In this document: positions 14,995 through 26,248 of the stretch, piece by piece
Layout of the letters: every line of letters starts with the position of its first letter
Numbering within the stretch: the first letter of the stretch is position 1
Translations under genes and position numbers: made by a program
Notes under the pieces: model-generated
The model's database searches: none
What the model was told of the DNA's origin: nothing
What the model saw: the letters and a program-made list of their open reading frames with translations, nothing else
DNA from: Monocercomonoides exilis PA203
Taxonomy: Eukaryota; Protista; Preaxostyla
Assembly: GCA_001643675.2 (NCBI GenBank)
Contig: LSRY02000008.1
Span: 620,001-684,000 of the forward strand
Reading direction: 5' to 3'
Length of the DNA stretch: 64,000 nt

Positions 14995-16459
14995 TTAAGC
15001 ATTCACAAAATAGTCTGAAATATTCAACGACAGTCCATGATAATATTGTCTGTTGAAAAAAATAAAAATTTCATGAAAGCTTGTGATGGTATCTTCGTAT
15101 CCTTCTTCTTCCATCTTTTCCAAAAACTCTTTTTTTGTTGCCTTTCTTTTCGCTTCGTAAGTTGTGTGATCTTTCTTTTCTTTCAATCGAATTGAAAGCT
15201 CAATGAAAAATACCAAGAATTCATATGTTTCATATTTATTCAATGTTTGTAGCTGCATCTTCTCCAAAACTGCATTAACAGCTCCTCCTTTCAATAAGAC
15301 GTCAATTTCTATCGCTTTATTATCTGCTATTTTTTTCAATAAATGAATGCATTGAAGGTACACTTCTCTGTAATTATCCTTAGCTGCCAGAAATACCCGA
15401 ACAATACAGTTTAAAAGTCCGACAAATTCTTCATTCCACATTGTGCAATAGAGAAAATAACGTTCCAAGGTTTTAAGCCATCTCAATAAAACAAGCTCTT
15501 CTTTCGTTTCTCTTCCTCTTTCTTCTTCTTTTCTCTTCCAATCCACACTTTTCATCAGCTCTTCTAATTCTCTTGCTGCTTCTCTCGCAAAATGCAGTTC
15601 ATTCACAATTACCCCTTCAAAGCAATCGTAGTATGGTAATCCGTTTACCAAAAACTGCCAAGATGATTGACATGCAAGTCGAGTCAGATTGTTGTGTTTT
15701 TGATGATAAAGGATAATCTCTTTGATCTTATAACGATACAGTTCATAATCCAATATCTTATCAAAAAATTAGAAAAAATAAGCAGAATCAATTCAACAAA
15801 GAGAGAAAAGAAAAATCATACAAAACATTTCCCAATGTGACATATAGCAAACAACGCCATTTCTATTTCCTTTTGAGTTTCCTTGTTTCTCTTCTTGCTC
15901 GATGCAGCTTTCAGAAGGCACTGTACACAGATTGAAATCAATTCCTTTGAGAAGAAGGTACTTATACAACCGTAACTTTTACAAAGATCAACCAGAAGCC
16001 TTTCATCCTTATCTTCTGTCTTTTCTTTTTCATTTATAATCATTTTCTCAAATCTTTTGCACAACAAAGATTTTTCAAAGCATCGATTCCACACATTTTT
16101 CAGCTCATAGCAATGCCCGATTTGCTTCAACAGAAAAATCACATTTCTCATCGAAAGTTTCTCTACTTTAATTATTACGTCCATTTCATCGAACATTTCT
16201 TTTGTGAAGACAGATTCAAATTCTTCTTCCTCCATTTCATCAATTATTTCATTCATTTCAAGGATTTTCTGTCTTTGTGCATTCTCATCGCAACGCCCCA
16301 GCTCACGAAGAAATTCTTCGAAAATTATAAAATAACAAACAGAATTGGGCTTTCAAATCACAGAATCATGAACAAACCTGAAAAATGCTCATTTGATGAC
16401 TTCTTTTTGCGTTCATCGATAGATTTATTATTAGCTCGAAAATCCTTTCTGTTTATCAT
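14995..16459 (-). CDS. 3-exon gene of an uncharacterised alpha-helical multigene family (family X, copy A; motifs IVNELHFAREAAREL, MEEEGYEDTI)
   Basis: ORFs 15816-16256 and 14995-15753 are joined by a GTATGA..AG intron. Short first exon from ATG 16459. Mirror of 34262-35729, where the splice phases were checked. Confidence 0.8.
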
Positions 16460-19400
16460 GTTCAGTGAATAACATGTTCATATTCATTCTTTTCTCAATA
16501 AAACAAACGAAAAATTCAAACATCATTTGTTTTCTTTCAAGAAGCAAATGCAACTTCAACACAAATCGCTTTGTTTTTTAATATAATTGTTTTTGCAATA
16601 AAAGTTCAATGAGACAGCAGAGCTCCACTGAATGGGAAAGATTGGAAAACCTTTTGTTTCTGATTGATCAAACCAACAGAAATTCATTATGATGATATTT
16701 TCCTTTGTCTTTTTTCATTTTGAAGCAAATGCATTCTGAGATTGGAATTGCAATCGCTTCTAAGATGCAAATGAAATTCTTCTAATATGAAAATAGAAAC
16801 GGGCAAATAAAACGATTCTTGAGGAAAAAATATTTTTCTCATTTGGATTCATCAATTCTGACTGAAACAAGGAGAACAAATGTTTGCACACCTTAACAAT
16901 GTTATCTATTTTCAGTTTGCCTTCTTTTTAACTTTCTTATAAAAATGACTCGTTGAACTGTTGAAGATGAAAGAATTTAACAGTCAAAATAGATAAGAAG
17001 AACAAAAGAAAAGGGCAATTGTGTCAAAAGGATGCAAATGCAGAACAAACTAATTTGGAGAAAGAACCGAACAAAAATTCATCAAGCCCAAAATGACATT
17101 TTGGAACTTGGAAATAAGTGAAAAAAGTTTTATTTGAGAGACCAACTCCAACAACAAAGCTTTTCATTTTGAAAATCAGACAAAGACGCAACAAAAGAAG
17201 AAGCAGAAAATGACCTTTTTTTAACTGCGAATTGTTTTGCAAATTCAACAGAAAAGCCATTTTTTTTAGACAGAACGAGACTGAAAAAAGGAAACAGCAA
17301 AAGCAACTTGGCCTTGAGAAACATAAATGCCACACACAAATCGCCATTTCTTAATTTGGGCGAAAACAATGAACAGTCTTCAATGGAAGGAATTCGTCTT
17401 TCTTTTTTTGAATCGCATTCAGCCTGAATGAAGGGAGTGTCAAGTTCATTGATTCATGTTCTGATGATATTGTCTGCACCGATGAAAGAAAAATCGAATT
17501 ATTCGATTTGTCTTGTTTGATTGAGCATTTCATGTTCAGTTGAATTCAATAGAACAGCTGAATGAATGAACGATGTCTCATCAATTGTCCATTTTATTTC
17601 TGTATTCAACATGACTTTCCAACAGAAAAGCCTTCTTCTTCTTCTGTGTATCTTCTTTAAATCCCAATGAATGTATTGCCAACCTCATCGTCATCGCTTT
17701 CTTCACCTTCTTCTTCCTCTTCTTCCTCTTCTTCTCCTTCACCTTCATTTCCCTCTTCCTCTTCTTCTTCAACAACTTTTCCATCAATCTCTTCGAAGAC
17801 CCTTCAAATTCTTCAAATTCTTCATTTTCTTCAAATTCTGTTTCTCCGAAGACAATTTCTCCGAACCCATTATATAATTCTCTTCTTCATCCCTCAAAAT
17901 ATCCATCGAGCCATCTTTTGCAGTTTGCCTGCAAAAAACCCAGCAATTTTGATCGAATTTCCCATTTTTCGTCTTCTTTGCCAATTCAAAACGAAATTGA
18001 AGAATGCAAATTTTATCCTCTTTTCGCAATCAATGTGAAACCTATTTGTATTTCATCTGTTCATTCTACTTCTTCTCATTTCATTTCTTCTTCTTCCTCT
18101 CATTTCTTTCCTTTCTTTCCTTTTCCTTTCCTTTTTCTTTCCTTTTCAATTTGTTTCCTCTGCAGTTCTGCCATTGCAACAAATCTCCAACCTTCATTTG
18201 CTTCTGATTGGAGCAGTCTTTTGCTTTTCTTGTGTTGTCGCCATTCGACTTCACAGCTGAATCGCCTGTGATGTTACAATCAACCGTCAGACATTTCAGA
18301 AATAGAACTGTTTTAATTTGACTGCCCAACAACAACAACAGCTGATCCTGTCTCCCTCACACAAACAATTGAATCCTCCTTCTCATTGCATGAGCTGCCA
18401 CACGCTGTGGAAGCTCCCTCACATTTGAAAAAATAATATTTTTGCATCAATAATTGTTGCAATACTGGAAAGAAGATGAAAGAACACAGTGATGCTTCAT
18501 TCAACTTGTTGGCACACACAAGAATCAGCAGAGCGAACTCAACCAGTTCCATAAAAAATGTTCGATTGAAAGCAGAATCTGATGAAATTCTCCATTTTTT
18601 TTATAAAAAAGCCATTTCTTATTTGAAAGCCGCAACGCAAGATAAACACAGGCCAACAGCATTGCAACCAGAAATAAACAAATAAATCAAACAGTCTTCA
18701 GAGAAATTGTCCACTCTCAATGTTTGTCTGAGAAAACATGGCCGTCTTGTCTAACGTTTGCAAACACCTCAGCGCACCCAATGCGAAGCAGCACAGCCCT
18801 TACAAATCAACACCACATCGATGCCACACAAATGAAGCATAGCAATAAAATCTCTGGATGGCTGCGCTTGAAGAGGCTGATCAAAAATATTCTGTATTTT
18901 TTCTGCAGTTGCCTGTGACGTCGAAGAAAGCAAATTTCGAATGATAATCACCTTGATTGCTCAATATGGCTGTCCCTTCGAAGAATGAATTTCAAATGTA
19001 GTTGGCTTGAATGTTGTTCAACTGCCAGCAAATATTCGACAATTAGATGTCTCGTAGTTGGCGTTTCTCCACTCTTTTGAAGCAAAAGCGGAATCAGAAA
19101 TAGAATTAAGTTGCTTTCCGTGCCTGCCTGGCACAGTCCGAGGAACAGGAAAACCTTATAAATAAAACCGATATTTTGGGGTTCTCCTTTTTTTCGTTGA
19201 ATTCTTGCCTTTTTTTGGGATAAATATCCTTCCCTTGATATTGCCAGCCACTTTCCTTTCCAAAAATTCCGCAAGCTGCTCCACTGTATTAAATTCCAAA
19301 ATGCTATATAATTTTGTGCAGATTTTGTCCTTCACAGAATTCCATCCATAAATCAATATTCAACAAAACTTCAGTTGAATTTGTTTTCATCTCTTGCTCC

Positions 19401-20018
19401 AATCTAAAAATCGTATATCTTGTGTAACTTCATTTGTCTCCAAATGGCTATATAATAATCTGTTCCGTTCTCATCGTGTTGCTCCACAACGCAGGGATTG
19501 GCCATTTCAACAATAACTCACATTCCTGCACTTTGGAGAGGATACAGACGGAAATATCTTCACAATCAATAGAAAAATAAAAATTACATGCATGATGTCT
19601 TTTTGTGTTATTGATGAAATTGTTGTATTACGTTGGCCATCCAATTTCCTATTATCATCAGATAGAATTTCAAAAATATTGCATCTCCATCATTGTCCGT
19701 TTTTTCCACGGGAGATTATGTTTGTAATTCTGCAGGTTAATTTCATTCATCAACTTTCATTTCGCAAATTGATATTCCAGTTCAAATAATGCTTTTCAAT
19801 CATTGAATCCATAACAAATAAAAGAAAGAACACAAAACTTCTCTTTTTCTTCGAAATTACTTGCCAAAGATAATATACGAAGGATGCCGATGTGAGTGCA
19901 CGCACTTTGACTTCCATTTGAGTTTATATTTTTCTCCAATTTCCTCTGCCCAAACATTCGCGTTTTCAATGTGAATGGCAAAACTGCATTGTGTTCTGGA
20001 CACAATGAACTTTAAAAA

Positions 20019-21446
20019 ATGCAGGAGACGCAAAACGAAAAAAAATACAAAAGTTTGCAAATATTGTTGCTTCTTGGTCTTGTTTGCGATGATTTTTTCT
20101 TTATTTTCATTTTTTATTGAAGGATTGCTTTCAGAGCTTGAAGATTGCACCGAAATTGAGCAGAAAGTCAAAATTGAAGAAATGAGAGAAGTGATGAACG
20201 AGAAGGATGATGAAGAATTCAGATCTATTTTCACAAAAGAAATATTCAACAAAATATCCATAAAGATTGAAGAAAAGAAAATGTCAATGGATAATGCAAT
20301 TATGCTGCTGAAGCATGTTGGTTATTACAAAGCATTGAAAAAAATATCCAAACTGAACTTTAACGGAACTTCGTTGGACTATATATTTGCGAGGATGATT
20401 TTATATAAAGCGACGAAAAATGAAGAAAAAAACGAAAAGCTTCTGATAGATCTCTGCAAATGCTTTGCTTTGTTGAAAGATGGAGTGATTTCACCGGAAT
20501 TGCTTTCAATCTGCGTGCCTTGTCTTCTGAAAAATGCTTTGATGAAAGACAAAAGAGAAGAAACACAAAAAGAAGTGGAAATTGCTTTGCTGGGTTTGAG
20601 CGATATGGGATATTGTGTATGAGCACTTCTTTTTCATTTTTGTTATGTTTTTTACCCTTTATTTCTAATCAGTATTTTAGGCAAGAACTGTATTTGAAAG
20701 AAATTATAGAAATCATTAAGCATCAACAGAAACACAGAAATCTCACAAAACTTGCCTATCAATCTGCTTGGAAATTCTTTATATACATATATTCCAATGA
20801 TTACATCTTGAAAGATATGATTGTGAATGAGCTGCATTTCGGAAGGGAAGCAGCAAGAGAATTGAATGAACTCACAAGAAATGTGAATTGGAAGAAGAAA
20901 AAAGAGGAAATGAGCAAAGAAGAAGCGAAAGATGAGTTTATATTGATGAGATGGCTCGATGCTATTAATTATTACAATTCCTTTTGCAAATTGTGGAACG
21001 AAGAATGTGTTGAACTGATAGGAAGCGTTGTTCGGGTATTTCGAGCGGCAAAGGATAATCACAGCGTTATTAGCAATCAATGCATTTATCCCTTGAGAAA
21101 TGCAACAGAAAATAGAGTTGTGAAAGTTGATGAGTTGTTGAAAGGAGGAGCTGTTGAAGCTGTTTTGGAGGAGATGCAGGGACGAACAGTGGATGACGGA
21201 ATGTTATTTAATTGCTTGCAATTCTTTACGAATGTTTCGGAAAAATTGAAAGAAAAGGAGAAAGATGAAAAGGAAAAGGTTAAAAGAAAGGCAATCAAAA
21301 GAAAGATATTTGAAAAGATGGAAGAAGAAGGATATGAAGATACCATAACAAGTTTTTATGGAATATTTGATTTTCTTAACAGAAATTTGTCTTTACCTTT
21401 TAATGAGTTATCTTTTAATATTTCTGGTTATTTTGTTTATGTTTGA
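20019..21446 (+). CDS. Family X gene, copy B: join(20019..20052,20123..20616,20673..21446)
   Basis: Introns GTTTGC..AG (20053-20122) and GTATGA..CTAATCAG (20617-20672) both splice in frame, giving MQETQNEKKYKRLLSELEDC...IVNELHFGREAAREL...MEEEGYEDTI..TGA. Confidence 0.8.
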
Positions 21447-23240
21447 GGAAATTCATTGTATTTTGTAACTCTTTATTTTCAATTTTCTCTTTTTTCATTC
21501 ATTTCACAAAACGGTGCAATAATTAATTTTTATAAGTTTCTTTTAAAAGTGATTAGTTATCCAGATTCATCAAAATGAAGTGAAGAAATAACAAAAAAAA
21601 AAAGAAAAGAAAATTCAATTTATTTTTTCCAAATTAAAATATTAAAAATCATCAATTTCTTCATTTTCTTCTTTCTTTCACCAAAGTTCTTCTCAAAATG
21701 AGTTGACAAACATTTTTTATTTCAAAGTCTTCATTCATTCTTTTGATTGTTTTTCTCAAAACAACCTCTTTTCAGCTCATTGGCAAAAAGAAAATTGTGT
21801 TTTCGCAATGCTTCCTTTGCTTTCGAGGAATATCAGAAACCCTCAGTGAATGTTGTAAATGCAACAAAAACAGCAAACAACGACGTTGATGCTGCTTCAA
21901 GTGAAGAGAAGCATTCAACCCAAACGCTTTCCTCTGCCTGTTTCCTCATTCTTCATCATTTCCATTTCCAAAAGTTAAAACAATCCGTTTGCAGCATCTG
22001 AAGGCAATAAAAAACTGTTTAATTTGTAAATCGGAGAAGAGGAAGAAATTCTGATGGGAGTTTTGATGCATCCCCTGAAGATTGAAGATTGAAGATTGAG
22101 AGAGAAAGAGAAAGAGAGAAGAATTAAAATAAAAATCAAAATTGAATTGTTCATTTGAGTTGATGGGCTTTTTGCGAAGAATTTGAAATAAGAAATGTCT
22201 CTTTAATTTATAGAAGAAGAAGAAGAAAACAAAGATGATGGTAATAAAGTTGAGGATTCTGAATAATAAGAAGATAAAGACGAAGACGAAGAAGGAAAAG
22301 AGAAAGAGGAAGAAGAGGAAGAAGAAGAAGAAAAAGATAATGATGATGATGAATCTGTTTTTAATTCTTCTTCAACTCTTTCTCTTTCACTCTCCTCCTT
22401 TTCTTCTTCCTTTGCGTTTAATACCCCTCTCAACACGACTCGATCTTCTTCTTCTTCTTCTTTCTTTTCTTCCCTTTCTTCCCTTCTTTCCCTTTCTCTT
22501 CTCCCTCTTCTCTTTCTTTTCCTTCGCATCTGTCAGCATACTCTCCTCACTGAAGCAGCCTTTCCATTCTGTTAATGCAACTTTTCCCCATCCAGAAGCT
22601 GCTCAAGCGATGATGGCATGCCATCCAACGTGTATCTGAGTAATTCAATGATTCGGATGGAAGGAAACAGAGCAGATGCTTTCAAAGGAAGATGCTGCCA
22701 GAAACACAGGGAAATAAGCAAGATGAGTGAGTGTGCCTTCACAAGCGACTGGAAGTTTTCGTGGATCGAATTGATGAGGATCTGCAGGCATAATCAGTTT
22801 TTGAGCGAAAAATATTTTTAGTCTTCAAAATATGTCCGTTAAAATTTTTAAGATAAATAAATAAATAAATAAATAAATAAAAATAAAATAAAAATAAAAA
22901 TGAAAATAAAAAAAATGGAAAACCAATTTAAAAACTATTTCCAAAACAACATAATACCTTTTCTTTTTAAAATAAGATCGACTTCTCGCATCTCTGATTG
23001 AAGCAGTCTGTCTTTTATCATTTCTTCCTGCAGTTTATTTTGTTAACCAAAGTCAAAAGAACATCAAGGTTGCACCTAAAGGGAAAGAAAAAAGAAAAAG
23101 GATATTGGAAATAAAAAACTTGAAATTATCATTGCAATTAAAGTGCATAAGCACCTTAATTATCAAGAAAGTGTTTCATCAATTCCTTCTCTTTTTGAGA
23201 GAGACGCCACAATCTATGGGCCAGTCGCCACATTTGATCA

Positions 23241-24122
23241 ATGATGTCTGCTTCGCAATTCCCTCCGATTGTTGGACTTACTCCGTCGGCTGATTCTGCA
23301 ATGCAGCACAGTGGGGCGCAAAGCCAACCAGGGACCTTGTCACAACCTAACATCTTTTCTTCCTCTTCAATTTTTTCACCTTCTTCATCGGAAGGTTTAG
23401 CACAGGAGTTGACCCCTTCAGCTGACAGAAAGGAGAATGATGATGTGTTAGACATATCCCAACTTATTTGTCAGGAGTTTGAGGACATTTTCGGACAAAC
23501 GCCGAATATTTCAATTTTTGATCTTAGGATTTCCCCAAGATCCGTTCAAGATGTTGTTGAGGAGTACAAGACACAGGATTTTAGCCCGTTGTTATCGCTT
23601 GAACCGCCCACTGCCAAGAGAACAGAAAACTGGATTAACGATACATTAGATCAGGCGGGTTACAAGGTGGAGATTTTTCTTTTCCAGGCGATTAAAGCTG
23701 CGCTCATACGTTTAGCCGAGATACCAACTTCAAGTGAAGGTGCAAAACAAAGGCTAGCTGACATCTTGATAATGATTACCAGGGCTCTTCAAGAGGCACG
23801 AACTGTTCGAATTCAAGGCAGGTTTGGTTTCAGGGCTGCCACAGCGATGAGCACAGACGCTTCAACGGGAATTCTCACAAAGAGACAGGAACTGATTCTC
23901 AAAGAAACAAGGCAGGAAGCCAAGCTAGAGAGAGGCTTCCAGAGACCAGCACTTCCTATTACACGTGTTCAGGCTCCTGTTAGAGAACAACCAGGAACAC
24001 TTCAAAGAAGATTTTGTTATCCCATTTCTCACACAAATACACGGTTTTTTCGGAGATACCCCCGGTCCTCAGCCCCCACAAGAAGACATCAATTCGGAAG
24101 AAGGAGGAACCAGAGCAGTTGA
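23241..24122 (+). CDS. DIRS ORF1 (gag-like), 293 aa
   Basis: ATG-initiated ORF 48 nt inside the spacer, immediately upstream of and overlapping the RT ORF. Helical core and Arg-rich C-terminus; no CCHC knuckle seen. The assignment is positional. Confidence 0.7.
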   Translation: MMSASQFPPIVGLTPSADSAMQHSGAQSQPGTLSQPNIFSSSSIFSPSSSEGLAQELTPSADRKENDDVLDISQLICQEFEDIFGQTPNISIFDLRISPRSVQDVVEEYKTQDFSPLLSLEPPTAKRTENWINDTLDQAGYKVEIFLFQAIKAALIRLAEIPTSSEGAKQRLADILIMITRALQEARTVRIQGRFGFRAATAMSTDASTGILTKRQELILKETRQEAKLERGFQRPALPITRVQAPVREQPGTLQRRFCYPISHTNTRFFRRYPRSSAPTRRHQFGRRRNQSS

Positions 24123-26248
24123 AGCAGGAGACCAGGGGTGCGTCAACAATTTTAGGTCCAGTTCACAAGGAAACAGAGCAGAGGAGGCACATTGGAGGGA
24201 GAACCGCTTTGTTTCTCTCAGCATGGAAGCGAATCGGAGGAGAGAAATTGATAAGCAATGGAGTGCAGGACATGTGGAAAAGCAAGCAGTCCAGGAAAGC
24301 TCTCAGCAGAGCCCAGTTCAGAGATGGAGCGTGTCTTCTCAACCAACAAAAGATCGAGGAATTCAAGAAAATATTAGAAGAACAGTTACGAACAGGAGTT
24401 GTTATCCCAATGGAGCAGAGGGAGGTCAAACACAGAAACAATGTTTTTCTCATTCAAAAGAAGTCAGGCAGCTGGAGACAGATTCTCGATTGTCGGAAAC
24501 TAAACGCAGCAGTGAAGAGAACACATTTCAAGTGCGATGGAGAAAAAACAGTAGAACGACTTATAAGACAGAAAGATTACGCAGTATCCCTCGACTTGGA
24601 ACAAGCTTATTATTTAATTCCAGTTTCAAGAGAATTAATTCCCTATCTTGCTTTCAGATTCATGGGAAAAGACTACTCCTTCAAAGGCATGCCTTTCGGC
24701 TTTGTAGATGCACAGCGCCTGTTCACACATATAATGAGGAAGGTGACAGCGGAGATAAGAAGGAAATGGGATGTCAGAGTCGTTGCCTATTTGGACGATC
24801 TTCTTTTTCTGCATCAAGATCAAGAAGTCTTGAAGAAAATAATTCAGGAAATCATCTCGTTTCTAGAAAGCCTTGGCCTTCTGATAAACAAAAAGAAATG
24901 CAACCTCATACCGAGTTCGCAGTTCAGCTTCCTTGGATTCGAATGGAATACAACCAGCTTCGATGTTTGCCTTACGGAGGAAAGAAAAAAGGCACTGAGA
25001 GAACTGTATCGCTCGTGGGAGAGAAGGTGTTTAAGAGCCAAGACCGTGAGAGTGAAGGATTTCGCATTATTCGTAGGAAAGCTCAGTGCAACGCGCTTCG
25101 TTCTTTCAGACGCATCTTTACACCTCCAATCCATCTACAAATTGTTGCAGAAAGGAGTTACGACAGGCGGATGGGATGGAATGATGAAGCTGAATGCGTC
25201 AATCCTCCTGCAGATAAGAAAATGGAGATGGATGTTGATGAAGAACCCCGTACGCAGACTAACTCCAGTGTTTATTCCAGAAGCAGTGCTAACCACAGAT
25301 GCATCAGAAAGCTCCTGGGGAGCAACCCTCAGACTAAACAGAATGTCACGAGATTGTCATAGTCGTTTTCCATTCGCGGTGAAAAACCAATCATCCAACT
25401 TCAGAGAACTAAAAGCTGTGGAACTTGCCCTAACACATTTTGCACCAATCCTAGCAGAGAATCGGATTTCACAGTTGCAACTTCGTTCAGACAACTCAGC
25501 AGTTGTTTTCAACGTGAACAGATGGAATGCAGGAAGGAATCTCCGTCAAACACTCAAAAGGATATGGACATTGAAGGAGAAACTGAAGATAGTCCTGAGA
25601 GCAGTTCATCTCCCCGGATTGCGAAACACAAGAACCGATGCTTTGTCCCGCCTGGAAAGAGCAGGAGACTACAGCATTGCAGACAGCGAGCTCAAAGAAA
25701 TCTTGTCTGTTCTTCAAGTTACTCCAACGCTGGACGCCTTTGCAGCTCAACACAACCACAAGGTCTATCGTTGGTGCGGAATAGGAAGCCCATTGGGAGA
25801 AGAAGGTCTGGCATATCCATGGAAGAACGAGTGCGTTCTGGCACATCCCCCAGTTCCCCTGATACCAATGACGATTCGGAAGGCACAGAAGGAGAAAGTA
25901 CCAGTTGTATTACTCCTGCCGAACTGGAAGTGGCAGAACTGGGATGTGTTATTGGAGAAGACGCCTCATCGGACATTCGAATGGAGGAGTCTGAGAACAG
26001 TACTGAGAAAGGGTCCATCAATGGCAAGCACAGGTGCATGTCTTCCTCCAGGCCGGTTAAGAGTCATATTGATCAATCCACCAGAGTTAAAGGCGAGAGC
26101 TGGTGGAGAAGGGCGTTGGAAGAAAGATCTTTCCCAGTTTCATTGGCAGAGGAGTGCATATCTGGAATTGCTCAGTCGACGTGGGATGGATATTTATTCG
26201 GCTTTGCACACTTTGGAGAACAGTGGGAAAAGAGTGATATGGGCATAA
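24014..26248 (+). CDS. DIRS pol: reverse transcriptase + RNase H + Dam-like N6-adenine methyltransferase-like domain
   Basis: RT: RQILDCRKLN, LDLEQAYYLIPV, GMPFG, YLDDLL, FLGF. RNase H: TTDASESSWGA, SSNFRELKAV, RSDNSAVV, HLPGLRNTRTDALSR. MT-like: LDAFAAQHNHK..W..LAHPPVPLI..LLLPNW..QNW. Start codon uncertain (TTG 24014; first ATG ~24272). Confidence 0.95.
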   Translation: MLSHFSHKYTVFSEIPPVLSPHKKTSIRKKEEPEQLKQETRGASTILGPVHKETEQRRHIGGRTALFLSAWKRIGGEKLISNGVQDMWKSKQSRKALSRAQFRDGACLLNQQKIEEFKKILEEQLRTGVVIPMEQREVKHRNNVFLIQKKSGSWRQILDCRKLNAAVKRTHFKCDGEKTVERLIRQKDYAVSLDLEQAYYLIPVSRELIPYLAFRFMGKDYSFKGMPFGFVDAQRLFTHIMRKVTAEIRRKWDVRVVAYLDDLLFLHQDQEVLKKIIQEIISFLESLGLLINKKKCNLIPSSQFSFLGFEWNTTSFDVCLTEERKKALRELYRSWERRCLRAKTVRVKDFALFVGKLSATRFVLSDASLHLQSIYKLLQKGVTTGGWDGMMKLNASILLQIRKWRWMLMKNPVRRLTPVFIPEAVLTTDASESSWGATLRLNRMSRDCHSRFPFAVKNQSSNFRELKAVELALTHFAPILAENRISQLQLRSDNSAVVFNVNRWNAGRNLRQTLKRIWTLKEKLKIVLRAVHLPGLRNTRTDALSRLERAGDYSIADSELKEILSVLQVTPTLDAFAAQHNHKVYRWCGIGSPLGEEGLAYPWKNECVLAHPPVPLIPMTIRKAQKEKVPVVLLLPNWKWQNWDVLLEKTPHRTFEWRSLRTVLRKGPSMASTGACLPPGRLRVILINPPELKARAGGEGRWKKDLSQFHWQRSAYLELLSRRGMDIYSALHTLENSGKRVIWA

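Larger units (their letters stand above)
7590..23193. repeat. Left arm of giant inverted duplication (pairs with 27430-~43140)
   Basis: Mirror-image ORFs: 22203-22529 vs 28094-28420, 21747-22001 vs 28622-28876, 20460-21446 vs 29176-30162, 14995-15753 vs 34971-35729, 8056-10599 vs 40124-42868. Inner boundary: ..CATCAATTCCTTCTCTT (23193) is the reverse complement of AAGAGAAGGAATTGATG (27430). Outer boundary is approximate. Confidence 0.95.

Noticed and set aside
24043-24052. -1 ribosomal frameshift site between ORF1 and pol (GGTTTTTTC)
   Set aside because: The frame relation is -1, but the heptamer in the ORF1 frame is G_TTT_TTT, not canonical X_XXY_YYZ, and I could not verify a downstream structure.
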